64,000 nucleotides of DNA from a virus (Duplodnaviria > Caudoviricetes). Positions 48,721-59,159 of this stretch are shown here, in pieces. The translations under genes and the position numbers were made by a program. The DNA lies in IMG/VR virus record IMGVR_UViG_2061766007_000342, positions 160,001-224,000 of that record. The stretch is one strand, 5' to 3'. Positions within the stretch are counted from its first letter, which is position 1; the number at the start of each line of letters is the position of its first letter. Below the pieces are notes generated by a model. That model searched no databases and was not told the origin of the DNA. It saw only the letters and a program-made list of their open reading frames with translations.

Positions 48721-51165
48721 TCACATCATGCCTCCCATCATATCTTCACCTTCGGGAGCATTGTTGAGAATGTTCTTTGCAGGATCAGCTTCCTTCTCCA
48801 AACGATATTGATTGGCTTCATCACGTGCTTCATCAGATAAACGATCAAACAATTCAATGTCAACTTCCGGCATATATTCCGCTAATACTTTCTTCTTGAA
48901 CATACGTGCAGTTGGTGACATATTATCTTCACCATCTTTACCTTCTTTACGTTCCTCAGGAGACAACCATATCGGAAGGATAAAGTCGATAAATGCGGAC
49001 ATATTCTGGATCTTTTCCGTTGTAACATTCAAGTATTTCGCCGTTGGCATACGGAATGAGAACTCCAACGTCTTAATGAGTTCTGGATCGATATCTGTCT
49101 CCCAACGCATAATACGTCTGTAGAAATCTGTTATATACGGATTCAGTTCCAACTTTTGTCCTGAAATGAATGAATTGAACTTTGTGTTTGCAAGCTCTGT
49201 TTCTTTTGCAAATTCAATCTCGGATACACCACCATTGGTGAGTAACAATGCCGGAACTGGTGTACAGTTAACGGCTTCCGTTTTCATTTGATCCATCAGA
49301 TCAGTGTTGATGGGTGCCTGAGCAGCCTCAATTGTCTCCACATTAATAGGAGGATTATCACCTGCACCAAGTGGCATGATCAATTCTGATCCACCAGACA
49401 CTTTATTCATGGATGTCCGATAATTGAAGATATCATTTGCAGTAACACGACGTGCAGCAAACTTACGCATGGTATCTTGTACGAACTGTTTGTAGTTTGT
49501 ATCAATACCACTCATACGAAGATTATACACACGAACTTGTGAGTTGTTGATCTGATAAAGAATAGAATACAACTTCAAGAACATGTACATTCTAGCAGTG
49601 ATTAATCCTGGTTCCAACATGGAGTGACCATGTCCAAGACCATCTTCGTTGACAATGAACGGACACACATGCTCTGCAGGAATGAAGATGAAACGCATCA
49701 TTGCTTCATTGAATTTGTGAGACTGTAAGATTGCAACAATCTGTGCATGAAGTGCTGTGTTATCACGCATGAACTTCAAATCAAAGTTGTTGATGATCTT
49801 AGTTGCCAACTTCTCACAGAACATCTGGTCGGGAGAGAATGTATCATAACCAATGGATGGTGTACGAAGTGTATATCCTGATAAACCGGAGTTACGTCTT
49901 TCACCACTCTTCTCGGGTCTGGTTTGATCGGCAATATAATAATAACCAATAATGGTACGATCAATACGAATAGGAATCAGCTTTGTTGCAGGAAGAATAC
50001 GAATATAACATCCCTTAACATTACCAAATTCTTTTTCAAAATCTTGTACGGTATCATTGGTATCATTGATAACTGCTTCAAATACAGCTTTTGCATTCGT
50101 TATATATTCCGGATGTTTCTTAGAATATTTCAAATCATATGCAAGTTTTAGATCATGTGGTGAATCTTCAATGACTGGTAATGCAATATCCTTATCAATG
50201 TAAGAAATATTATCACCGATTTCTTTCATGAATGCTTCTACTTGTTGATCATATTCTTTGATCATTTTCTTTTCTTGTGTAGATTGTTCCGGCGCATCCG
50301 ACATTGGTTTTGCATGATACATCGGAACAACATCCATGATTTCTGCTTCTGTGATCCAACCACCTTCCATGATGGTTTGATGTTTCTTTTTATATTGAGC
50401 ATTGTGTGCTTCTTGAATGATTTGTGTTGCTTTGTTCAATGACAACTCAACTGACTCACCATATCCGTAACCATTCATACGCGAAGATGTTTCAAACATA
50501 TTCGCAACGGATTCGGAATTACGTTTGTCTTTCTTGTTCAGTTTGTACTTATACAAATCCGAAAAAACTTTTGCATATGGAATGGTGTAAACATATGATT
50601 CACCATACAACTCCGTGTTGAATACAACATGATTCTTGATGATATGATGAAGCTTCAAACGATCTTCAACATCTTCTACCTTTTCAATTAATGAATCCTT
50701 TTCATCATCCGAAAGATTAGAACGATCGAATTTAATCGTGCGAGACAACTTTCCATTGACGGTATCTGCTTCACAAATGGCATCACGTGTAACCTGTAAT
50801 GCTGTAAACCATTCTGGAAGCTGAGACACAATCAAATCTAAGTCTTGACGTAATGCAATATCTGCAATGGTATTAACGGGTAAGAATGCAGCATCTTGAA
50901 GTTCATTCGGAAGTTCCGCAATGGATACTTCTTCACCTTTGTTGTTCGCAAACTTCAGTTTTGCAATCTTTTCGACGAACGACATATCCGTTCGCAGATT
51001 ATACTTTGATAAGATATTCTCGATAGTTGATGTGATCTCATCTTTTGTAACACTCTCTTTGTCTCTACCAATGACATCACCAATTAATCCATCAATAATG
51101 TCTTCATTAATCTTGGGATTTGCTTTTGCTCTAGGAGTATCGTTATTATTATTCATTTCTGCCAT
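48721..51165 (-). CDS. Putative portal protein
   Basis: 814 aa; YGESYVY, GHSMLE, RVYNL, IMPLG, TPVPALLL blocks resemble portal core; close to terminase. Confidence 0.6.
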   Translation of the reverse strand: MAEMNNNNDTPRAKANPKINEDIIDGLIGDVIGRDKESVTKDEITSTIENILSKYNLRTDMSFVEKIAKLKFANNKGEEVSIAELPNELQDAAFLPVNTIADIALRQDLDLIVSQLPEWFTALQVTRDAICEADTVNGKLSRTIKFDRSNLSDDEKDSLIEKVEDVEDRLKLHHIIKNHVVFNTELYGESYVYTIPYAKVFSDLYKYKLNKKDKRNSESVANMFETSSRMNGYGYGESVELSLNKATQIIQEAHNAQYKKKHQTIMEGGWITEAEIMDVVPMYHAKPMSDAPEQSTQEKKMIKEYDQQVEAFMKEIGDNISYIDKDIALPVIEDSPHDLKLAYDLKYSKKHPEYITNAKAVFEAVINDTNDTVQDFEKEFGNVKGCYIRILPATKLIPIRIDRTIIGYYYIADQTRPEKSGERRNSGLSGYTLRTPSIGYDTFSPDQMFCEKLATKIINNFDLKFMRDNTALHAQIVAILQSHKFNEAMMRFIFIPAEHVCPFIVNEDGLGHGHSMLEPGLITARMYMFLKLYSILYQINNSQVRVYNLRMSGIDTNYKQFVQDTMRKFAARRVTANDIFNYRTSMNKVSGGSELIMPLGAGDNPPINVETIEAAQAPINTDLMDQMKTEAVNCTPVPALLLTNGGVSEIEFAKETELANTKFNSFISGQKLELNPYITDFYRRIMRWETDIDPELIKTLEFSFRMPTAKYLNVTTEKIQNMSAFIDFILPIWLSPEERKEGKDGEDNMSPTARMFKKKVLAEYMPEVDIELFDRLSDEARDEANQYRLEKEADPAKNILNNAPEGEDMMGGMM

Positions 51166-51192
51166 GGGTATTGTTCACCTACCTTTGTAATG

Positions 51193-53076
51193 TTAACGAA
51201 CAATTGTTGGTTTACGTAAACTGGTTTCCATACGAGCATGAACTGCTTGTTCATATCCAGTGTAATTATCATAAACACCATCTTTCAATGAATCCGGTAT
51301 TTCTTCTAATCCAGTATTTGTTGGATTCGAAGTAAATGCTGTTGGACGATAACGCGATGGATATTCATGTTCAATGTAATTGTTCATCGAATGATAATCA
51401 TGATTTTCAAATGCACGAGAATCCGAATTGTACAACGGTTTGAACATTAAGAATGGAGAATATATTTTGTAATTGGGATTGACTTGTTGACGTGTATTAT
51501 CCAATACGATGTATGGCGTACCAACCCACATGGATGATGCTCCCATATATGTTTTAGATTGATAATTGACATCATCACGTGGTGAATCACGGTAATAATC
51601 CCATGGTTGTGTATCATACATATCCATTCTTAATGAACCATTTGCGTTGACAACACCTGCGTTATAATTGAATTCTACAAAGGATTGTTCATTCATCTCC
51701 AATTTGTATTGATAACGGAACTGTGCACTGACGGTCATCTCACTCGTGAGTGCTTGTCCATTGTTATTATTGATACCAGACAACTGTGCTGTTACTGGGT
51801 ATACACCATAATACTTACACCAATACAAGATTTGTGTACCAGATTCATTTGTAACCACATCAAATATGGATGAACAATAATCGAGTGCACGATCATATGG
51901 ATGTCCCCATAAACCATTACCAAATGTTTTAGAACCCGTAATATCAATGTCACTACCGGAACCAATTGCATATGTGTTTTGGTATTGGTATCCATTGTAT
52001 GATGGTGAAAGAAATCCTTCATATGTTTTGAACTGATATAACATTTGGAGTCGTAGATAGTTGTATACTTCCAAACGTTTGGTATCTTTAAATGTCAATT
52101 CCAATGTGGAACCAACGCTGGATTGTAATGTACCAGCTGGTGTGATCGTATAACCATCTGTCGACTTTTGTATTGTTTCATCAATACCAATTTGTGTTCC
52201 AGTTGTATTCATGCTCATGACACGATTGGACAACATGAAGTTGAAATTGGAAAATGATCCAGTGATATAAGATGGAGATAACAATTCCAACAAATGTGGA
52301 AATTGATGGAATGCAGTTGAGAAGTCACGATCCTTTTCACATTGTTCACTTAACACAAGTTGTCCATTATTCGTTCCCATGATATAACATTCAGGACGTG
52401 TGATAAAGATATGACGAAATCCTTTACGCCATTCCAAATCTGCAACGGGTAACTTTGTACGATTATAATAGTAATAGTTTGTCGCTTGTGCAAGTTGTGG
52501 ATCAGAACGTGTAAATGGAAGAATCGGTGAGATACGTGGTTCCTTGTTATCGAACAACTGCTTCTCATGTTCGTGTAATCCATTTGTGATAATGTCATCT
52601 ACATTGGGATCATCAAATGGATTAACATTCGTTGTTGATCCTGAAAATACAGGGACTTTGTTTTGTTGTACACGTTGCCATGCTTTCGATGCAGTACGAT
52701 TACGAACCGCTTGTTCATATCCCGAATAGAAATCCGTTCCTTGTGGGATATTGGTTGTTGGCTTTGCAACTAAATTACGAACCGTTGTTGGTAATTCTTC
52801 CATACCAGGTTCGTTGATATCACGTGTAAAGTGTTCGTCCATATGACGAATGAACGTGTCATTATTATCTGCATTGGGATTTTTCAATCCAGGTTGATGA
52901 TGTGCGAAGTGGTTGTTTGGAGCCAATGAAACACCATCAGCATTTGGATTGATATTCCGTGCAGCATCTTGAACATATGATATGTATTTGGGAACACCAC
53001 GTGGATATCCCGTTGTAACATTTTCGTCTGTGGTGTAACCATCACCATATAACGAGTTCTTTTCTAATGTTGGCAT
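51193..53076 (-). CDS. Virion structural protein (tail tube/baseplate-like domain)
   Basis: IFITRP, LTFKDTK, DYCSSIF...ILYWCKYYGVYP; GYEQAV repeated near both ends. Confidence 0.5.
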   Translation of the reverse strand: MPTLEKNSLYGDGYTTDENVTTGYPRGVPKYISYVQDAARNINPNADGVSLAPNNHFAHHQPGLKNPNADNNDTFIRHMDEHFTRDINEPGMEELPTTVRNLVAKPTTNIPQGTDFYSGYEQAVRNRTASKAWQRVQQNKVPVFSGSTTNVNPFDDPNVDDIITNGLHEHEKQLFDNKEPRISPILPFTRSDPQLAQATNYYYYNRTKLPVADLEWRKGFRHIFITRPECYIMGTNNGQLVLSEQCEKDRDFSTAFHQFPHLLELLSPSYITGSFSNFNFMLSNRVMSMNTTGTQIGIDETIQKSTDGYTITPAGTLQSSVGSTLELTFKDTKRLEVYNYLRLQMLYQFKTYEGFLSPSYNGYQYQNTYAIGSGSDIDITGSKTFGNGLWGHPYDRALDYCSSIFDVVTNESGTQILYWCKYYGVYPVTAQLSGINNNNGQALTSEMTVSAQFRYQYKLEMNEQSFVEFNYNAGVVNANGSLRMDMYDTQPWDYYRDSPRDDVNYQSKTYMGASSMWVGTPYIVLDNTRQQVNPNYKIYSPFLMFKPLYNSDSRAFENHDYHSMNNYIEHEYPSRYRPTAFTSNPTNTGLEEIPDSLKDGVYDNYTGYEQAVHARMETSLRKPTIVR

Positions 53077-53098
53077 ATCATCACCACCAATGTATTAT

Positions 53099-54034
53099 TT
53101 ATACCATACCAGTTAACATCGTTAATGTTTTCTTACATGGAACAGATATCAGCTTATTCAAACCAAAGTTTGTCAAACGAGTTTTGTATGCAGCCGAGGT
53201 TAACAACAGCATCAAGTATGCGGGGTTCTCCAATGCGAAGATCAAATATACACCACATGAAGCTGTGAAGTAATTCAAATATGTGCTTTGGAGATTCTTA
53301 TAACGAACGGGATTGATTTGAATAATGAGATTCAGATACTCCATAAAGTTCATGTTATCCATTGATTGAACATTCTGAACAATTTCTTGTACAAGTTTGG
53401 GATCAACCTTTTGGTTTAACATACGCTTATAATTGATCTTGGATGCTTCCATCTTATCACCATCAATCATGCGATAGAAGTATGCAATGGAATATAACAT
53501 AGCCTTTACCAAGTTATCACCCTTCATGTACAGTCGTTGTTCCAAAGGAGCATTCACCATGTATTGATAAGACATGCATAACGACAATACCAAATCACGA
53601 TTATTGGTAAACTTATTCGGATTGATTTGTAATTGTAATGCCAGATAACCTGCTTCAATACCAGCCATCAAGTTAATGATTTCAGATTGATTGGTTAACT
53701 TTGACATCAATGTACTTGCAAAGATGTAACACTTCGGTTGATCCTTACCGGCAATGATGTACGGAAGTACCGGCGGAATCTTAGAAGATGGATTAAAAGT
53801 CACAATCAAGTCACCTTTATCCCATGCAGCAATTGCTTTCTTCAAGATGGGATCACCATTCAATCGCATGAATGATACAACATCTTGTACATCTGTTGAA
53901 CGGATCATGTGATCATTAATATGTGCAAATTCATCCTTAACAGCATCGGTAATACCCGAAGCCGCATCGTATTTTGCATACAACGAAGTCTGTGACAGCT
54001 TTGGAAGCTGTGCTTCTAAAAACAGTTCAATCAT
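53099..54034 (-). CDS. Hypothetical (probably virion) protein
   Basis: AGGAGTG SD; first gene of the structural operon. Confidence 0.6.
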   Translation of the reverse strand: MIELFLEAQLPKLSQTSLYAKYDAASGITDAVKDEFAHINDHMIRSTDVQDVVSFMRLNGDPILKKAIAAWDKGDLIVTFNPSSKIPPVLPYIIAGKDQPKCYIFASTLMSKLTNQSEIINLMAGIEAGYLALQLQINPNKFTNNRDLVLSLCMSYQYMVNAPLEQRLYMKGDNLVKAMLYSIAYFYRMIDGDKMEASKINYKRMLNQKVDPKLVQEIVQNVQSMDNMNFMEYLNLIIQINPVRYKNLQSTYLNYFTASCGVYLIFALENPAYLMLLLTSAAYKTRLTNFGLNKLISVPCKKTLTMLTGMV

Positions 54035-54137
54035 TTTATATACACTCCTGACTTATAATGAAATTGAATTTGTCAATATCGGACAAATGTTATCAACTGG
54101 TCTTGGGGGTAAATTTATAATAGGAGGATCATTCATC

Positions 54138-55379
54138 ATGAGTAATGAAACACAATATTCTGTATTATATCGCGTCAGCTTGATTGCGAATGTAAATGGT
54201 TCCACATATACCATTCCAACCAGTGACATCATTTCCATTTCGCTGTTACATAACTATGACGCATTAACATTTCCAATATGTCGTTTCAAATTAGAATCTG
54301 ATATCTCATTGATTCGGAATATCTTAGAATATCCTGATAATATTGAATTGGTTTGTTCATTAGATGCCAATGTATATGAGATGGACACGAATAACAACAA
54401 ATTGAATGTGGTGAATGGTGCAAAAAATATCTCATTGACATTAAAAGGATATGCTGAAAATAAGAACATACCAACATCTACAATGGATCAATATGACGAA
54501 GGTGTATTGAAAACGGATGACTTGAATGTCAATCGTAAAGTACCCTATGAGTTATACGGATATAACCAATCCTTTATTTATGGTTTAAAACGTTTATCTG
54601 AAGCTGTATATCACAACATTACTGTTCAAGATGTTATCACTGATGCATTGTCCCGTCAATCCATTCATAATATCAAGATACAATGTATTGAACAACAAAC
54701 CAAGTTTGATCAAATTATCATTCCTAACTTAGATATCATTCAAATGATTGCATACTTTGATTCGTATTATGGTTTATACAATACGGGCGGACAACTGTAT
54801 GGTGATTTGGATAATGTCTTATACTTAACATCGTCTGATACATCAATGACAAATAACAATGTGGTTGGTATCCGTATCGAAGACTATAAGTCAAATTCTG
54901 ATATGGGGGGATTACGTAAATATGGATCTGGTTATATGCCACATGTATTATACTCCAATGTCTCTATATTGACGGAAACGGATATTGAACGTGTATTGAA
55001 TTCCGATTCATTGAATGCAGTCAATGTGAATACTGATGAAGTATTGAATGCTTCATTAAAAAAGATATATACCAATTCGGTGTTGACTGGTAAAGACCAA
55101 ACACCAAATATCTTACACAAACATGTCAATCCATTTGTTGCTACAATGAATGCTGCACGCGTGTTGGAAAAAACAACACAAGTTGATTTATCATGTACTG
55201 GTATGGATATTGGTACATTACATGTTGACACAAGAATCAACTTGATGTTTGATACCGCAATACGTGGAACGAATATGTCTGGAATGTATCGTATGTCTTA
55301 TGCCAATCATGTATTGCAATTGTTAGATGGTGAATTGTTTACGTCAACATCTACATTCAGATTATGTAAAAACAATTAA
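54138..55379 (+). CDS. Putative baseplate hub protein (T4 gp27-like)
   Basis: AGGAGG SD at 54122; QIIIPNL...YGLYNTG; C-terminal GMYRMSYANH. Confidence 0.45.
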   Translation: MSNETQYSVLYRVSLIANVNGSTYTIPTSDIISISLLHNYDALTFPICRFKLESDISLIRNILEYPDNIELVCSLDANVYEMDTNNNKLNVVNGAKNISLTLKGYAENKNIPTSTMDQYDEGVLKTDDLNVNRKVPYELYGYNQSFIYGLKRLSEAVYHNITVQDVITDALSRQSIHNIKIQCIEQQTKFDQIIIPNLDIIQMIAYFDSYYGLYNTGGQLYGDLDNVLYLTSSDTSMTNNNVVGIRIEDYKSNSDMGGLRKYGSGYMPHVLYSNVSILTETDIERVLNSDSLNAVNVNTDEVLNASLKKIYTNSVLTGKDQTPNILHKHVNPFVATMNAARVLEKTTQVDLSCTGMDIGTLHVDTRINLMFDTAIRGTNMSGMYRMSYANHVLQLLDGELFTSTSTFRLCKNN

Positions 55380-55385
55380 AAAAAT

Positions 55386-55412
55386 ATAATCGGGGGCATT
55401 GCCCCCGATTAT
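55386..55412. terminator. Bidirectional terminator
   Basis: ataatcgggggc-att-gcccccgattat. Confidence 0.7.
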
Positions 55413-55450
55413 ACTTGATATTTACGCTCTATGTTCTACTACTAATTGCA

Positions 55451-55969
55451 TTACCGCAGACCTGTCAGGGATGTACCCAACAGATCAGACTGGTACTCCG
55501 CACCGACATTATCCTGTGCAGATGCACGTGCATTCTCGTTCTTGACGAATTCACACAGTTCCTTCATCATCTGAGCAGCATCCGGGAGCAGATTCTTCAG
55601 TACAATCAGATTCTCAACAGGCTTTCTCTGCAGACCATGAAGCAGACCAAACAGCAGAAGCTGATTGATTGCAGGAATTGCATCGGAAATCTTGTTAACA
55701 GTATCCTCATCGAACTTGGTGCCGATCTCACGACCACAGCACTTGCATACAAGCTTACCCTCATCATTACGCTGAGTAGCCAGAGAGAAGCCGCTACCAT
55801 CGTACATAATGTGTACACAAGATCTCTTCTGGATCTTTACATCATCGGGTTCATTATTACGACCATAGATTCTTGCCTGCTGTTCCTGGGACAGCTTGAT
55901 CTTTGTCATGTTATAGATAATCGGCTGAATGAGCTGATTAACGTCGGGATGAATTTTATTATTCAGCAT
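55451..55969 (-). CDS. Zinc-finger hypothetical protein
   Basis: CVH...CKCCG; AAGGGG SD; highly expressed codon style. Confidence 0.65.
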   Translation of the reverse strand: MLNNKIHPDVNQLIQPIIYNMTKIKLSQEQQARIYGRNNEPDDVKIQKRSCVHIMYDGSGFSLATQRNDEGKLVCKCCGREIGTKFDEDTVNKISDAIPAINQLLLFGLLHGLQRKPVENLIVLKNLLPDAAQMMKELCEFVKNENARASAQDNVGAEYQSDLLGTSLTGLR

Positions 55970-55988
55970 GGTATAAACCCCCTTGAAT

Positions 55989-56954
55989 TTAATTGATCTT
56001 CAGGCTGATAGCAACCTGTTTCAGATTCGGATACTGAGAACCACAATCCTTCGGCTGAATCAAGCATGTCTTCACATACTCAGCAGGAGATACAGATCCA
56101 TAGACCCATACCAACAGCTGCAGACACAGTGTTGGATCCATGCAGTTCAGTCTGTTGTAAATCCACTTTGTCATGGACTCAACAAGCTTGGTCTGGTTAA
56201 CAGACAGCTTTACCCAGTCTGCTTTCTTCAGACGAAGAATACCTGCATACAGATACGGGAGCTGATCATTTGTCAACAGCGGACAATCGAATACATCTGC
56301 TGTGACTGCAATGTCGGAATCCAGCAACGCATATGCAACACTGTCATTACCCATTGCCAGCAGAGACGCTACTGCGATGACATCAGAATCAGACATCTTG
56401 ACAAACTTACTCTGAACGAATGCACAATGCTTCTTCAGAAGGAGTTTGCCGAGAGACATCATAGATTCCACGGTCTCCGGATCAACGTGGGATTTCAACG
56501 GTGCCTGTGCCTTGTCATCCTTCTTCTTTTCAGCCTTTGCTGTTTCGTTAGCCTCGTCATCAAGCTTCTTCATGTCCTCGAAGTACATTCTTAGTGCTTC
56601 ACAAACGAATGACCCAACAAGTGCATTTGCAAACTCATTGTTGTCATGCGCCAGCTGCTTCTCCAGCAGTGTCATGAAGTTCTTGTCGCGCATATGATGT
56701 GCAAGTGCAATCTTAAACGCAGACGCCTTATCATCTGCTTCAGGTGCAGAATTGATATAGGCAACGAGTCTTGGTGTACGCTGTACAATGTCGGAATAGA
56801 AGACATTGGAAGCGTCCTGGTAGTACCGCAGATACTCATCGGGTCTGGTGTTATCGGGTCTGACATTTCTTGCATTCATGTAAGATTCAAGAGACTGCAG
56901 AACGACAATGTCCGATGCGATGACTTCTACGGGAATCGGATTATTGTTCATCAT
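55989..56954 (-). CDS. Helical hypothetical protein (start uncertain)
   Basis: Long ORF with expressed-gene codon bias; no clear SD; start codon lies in a hairpin. Confidence 0.65.
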   Translation of the reverse strand: MMNNNPIPVEVIASDIVVLQSLESYMNARNVRPDNTRPDEYLRYYQDASNVFYSDIVQRTPRLVAYINSAPEADDKASAFKIALAHHMRDKNFMTLLEKQLAHDNNEFANALVGSFVCEALRMYFEDMKKLDDEANETAKAEKKKDDKAQAPLKSHVDPETVESMMSLGKLLLKKHCAFVQSKFVKMSDSDVIAVASLLAMGNDSVAYALLDSDIAVTADVFDCPLLTNDQLPYLYAGILRLKKADWVKLSVNQTKLVESMTKWIYNRLNCMDPTLCLQLLVWVYGSVSPAEYVKTCLIQPKDCGSQYPNLKQVAISLKIN

Positions 56955-57153
56955 CGTATATGAACAACGACTTTTGTTTCTCATCCAAGTGGTTCTCTAC
57001 GCCACAGACAATGAGCTCTTACCGAGTGTCGCTCTCGGCTGACCAAGGGCGGAAGTATCATTGAATTGATACTTATGGATTTTTTGTATCTATGTGTGGA
57101 CAGATACGTTGAAATTATATGTGTATTCGTCCACACATTTCTACCATAATGAA

Positions 57154-58233
57154 TTATACCCACTTGAACTTCTTATCTCCATCCTTGTTATCAACGATGG
57201 AAGCCTTCTTTTTCTTCATGAAGTTGGGTCGCTTGGAACGATTCATACCATTGGAAATACCACCGACATCATTGTACTGGGAATCAATTTCACGAATCTC
57301 CGGTCTGGGGAGACCTGCAATAATGACAGTTGCTTCACAGATACCATCATTGTCCGTCTGCTCGATATGGCGATACTCATCAAAGGTATGATGAATACGA
57401 GAACGTACTTCATCAAATACAGACTTAAAGTCTTCAGATGCGAAGATGGATCTGAGAGAGAATGCAGACATGAATGTGAGACGACGTGCATCTTCTTCTG
57501 TCCACGACGGCTGAAAACCTGTGAACATCTTTGCAGTAATTTCACGTGTCAGTTTCGGAATATCAGATGCCGTTGCAGTAATTGCAACAAATCTACCGGG
57601 AGTTGACAGTACAACATCCAGATCCTGATCATCGATAGAATCCTTGTCAGTATCATGATAACGTTTACCAAAGATGATCTCGATCATATCTGCAACAGCA
57701 TTGTTGATCGGACCATAGTTGGAATCGCCAGAACGATTACGAAACACATTATATGTTGTGACACCAATCTCGTCCAGTTCAATGAACAGGTCATTGGTGT
57801 TCAGATGATATGCATCGGGATCATCCATTGCCGGACAAATGATCACCGGAATCACCTGGATGTCACGTTCGATAAGAGACTTACATAACGGAACAATCGA
57901 TCCGGAACCCGTACCACCTGCAGATGATGATACAACAATTACAGGGGTCTTGGAATTTTCTGCATCATTGTACATTTCATCAAATGCACCATTATCTTCA
58001 TGATACTTGAACATGGCTGCACCACGCTCACGATCACGTCCAGAACCACACTTGTTATCTGCCATGATCGGAATATTCTTAATACGCTGAATAGAATCCA
58101 GTGTGACTGTATTTGTGACAGAGTCGATTGTATAAAGCTTTACGTCCTTTAAGCAAGATCTCTCAGTCAGTGTACGAACGATCATGCTTCCGGCATTTCC
58201 TGCTCCAATAACCATATTTTCCATAATTAACAT
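57154..58233 (-). CDS. phuZ: Tubulin/FtsZ-family protein (PhuZ-like)
   Basis: IGAGNAG, GSGRDRERG, signature GGTGSG, T7 loop IDDQD. Confidence 0.88.
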   Translation of the reverse strand: MLIMENMVIGAGNAGSMIVRTLTERSCLKDVKLYTIDSVTNTVTLDSIQRIKNIPIMADNKCGSGRDRERGAAMFKYHEDNGAFDEMYNDAENSKTPVIVVSSSAGGTGSGSIVPLCKSLIERDIQVIPVIICPAMDDPDAYHLNTNDLFIELDEIGVTTYNVFRNRSGDSNYGPINNAVADMIEIIFGKRYHDTDKDSIDDQDLDVVLSTPGRFVAITATASDIPKLTREITAKMFTGFQPSWTEEDARRLTFMSAFSLRSIFASEDFKSVFDEVRSRIHHTFDEYRHIEQTDNDGICEATVIIAGLPRPEIREIDSQYNDVGGISNGMNRSKRPNFMKKKKASIVDNKDGDKKFKWV

Positions 58234-58252
58234 ATCCTTTCCTTGTGTAATA

Positions 58253-58280
58253 TGATACGGGGGTGATGACCCCCGTATCG
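58253..58280. terminator. Hairpin
   Basis: gatacgggggt-gatg-acccccgtatc. Confidence 0.6.
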
Positions 58281-58290
58281 TTATGTTGGA

Positions 58291-59001
58291 TTAAAACTTC
58301 TTAGCGTCACCCTTGATGCTCTGCTTGATTGTAGATCCAGGAGTCAGCACAATCTGATCACCATTGAATACTTCAATTGTGAAGATATTATACATATTCA
58401 CTTCACATTTCTGTTCAATTGCAATCTGTACTCCGGCAGCATACATAGCTGCAACGACAATGAAGATTGTCGGAGCAACGATCATGTCGATACCATAATC
58501 CTGGACAAGCTTTGCAAATACAGCGTTCTCAATCTCTGTCAACGTCTCCGTGAGGTTCTCAGTTCTCCAAGAATTATACTTCTGGAGCAATGCATTCTTG
58601 AACGAAGATCCGATCATGTCGGAATGTTCACGCATACGGAACATCGGGATTCGTTTGTGAATCAACTGAGGAACGATGTTGGTGTTCTTCTCATTCTCAG
58701 AGTATTCGGTTGTATACTCCATGGATACGCCACAGATATCAACTGCGAACTCAGGAGTATTCTGAGAAGCAACAAACGTGAGAATCTTCTCCCATGCTTC
58801 AACAAATACGAATGGAAGCTGCTTCGGATTGGTGATCTTGAACTGGAACTCATTCCAAATCAGATTGGTTGCAATCTCGGGAATATCCGTGATCAGCATC
58901 TTGTCACGGACGAAGCCCTTCATGTTCAACCAATTCTCCTGGACGGTGGCGAAATGCTTCGCCAGTTCTTCGGGATTGTTTGCGTTTGGTGTTGTGCTCA
59001 T
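58291..59001 (-). CDS. Hypothetical protein, possibly HU/IHF-like
   Basis: C-terminal EVNMYNIFTI...LTPGSTIKQSIK resembles the HU beta-strand/helix 3 pattern. Confidence 0.4.
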   Translation of the reverse strand: MSTTPNANNPEELAKHFATVQENWLNMKGFVRDKMLITDIPEIATNLIWNEFQFKITNPKQLPFVFVEAWEKILTFVASQNTPEFAVDICGVSMEYTTEYSENEKNTNIVPQLIHKRIPMFRMREHSDMIGSSFKNALLQKYNSWRTENLTETLTEIENAVFAKLVQDYGIDMIVAPTIFIVVAAMYAAGVQIAIEQKCEVNMYNIFTIEVFNGDQIVLTPGSTIKQSIKGDAKKF

Positions 59002-59159
59002 AATGAACTCTTCCTTTCTGTGTGTGATTGATTTGATTTTGCTAACTGATTCATATCCAGAGTTGGGTATGAATACACGTGAAAAATATAATTATTCAAA
59101 ATAAAAATATTTTGAAATTATATTTTTGATATGTAAAATAATGGTATGGAGGTTTTACA

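Noticed and set aside
46097-57052. 8-nt complementarity (agggcgga/tccgccct) between the two minus-strand structured elements
   Set aside because: Too short to distinguish from chance.
55451-59001. Chimallin (nuclear shell) gene
   Set aside because: No ORF of matching size or recognisable similarity here; cannot be excluded elsewhere in the genome.
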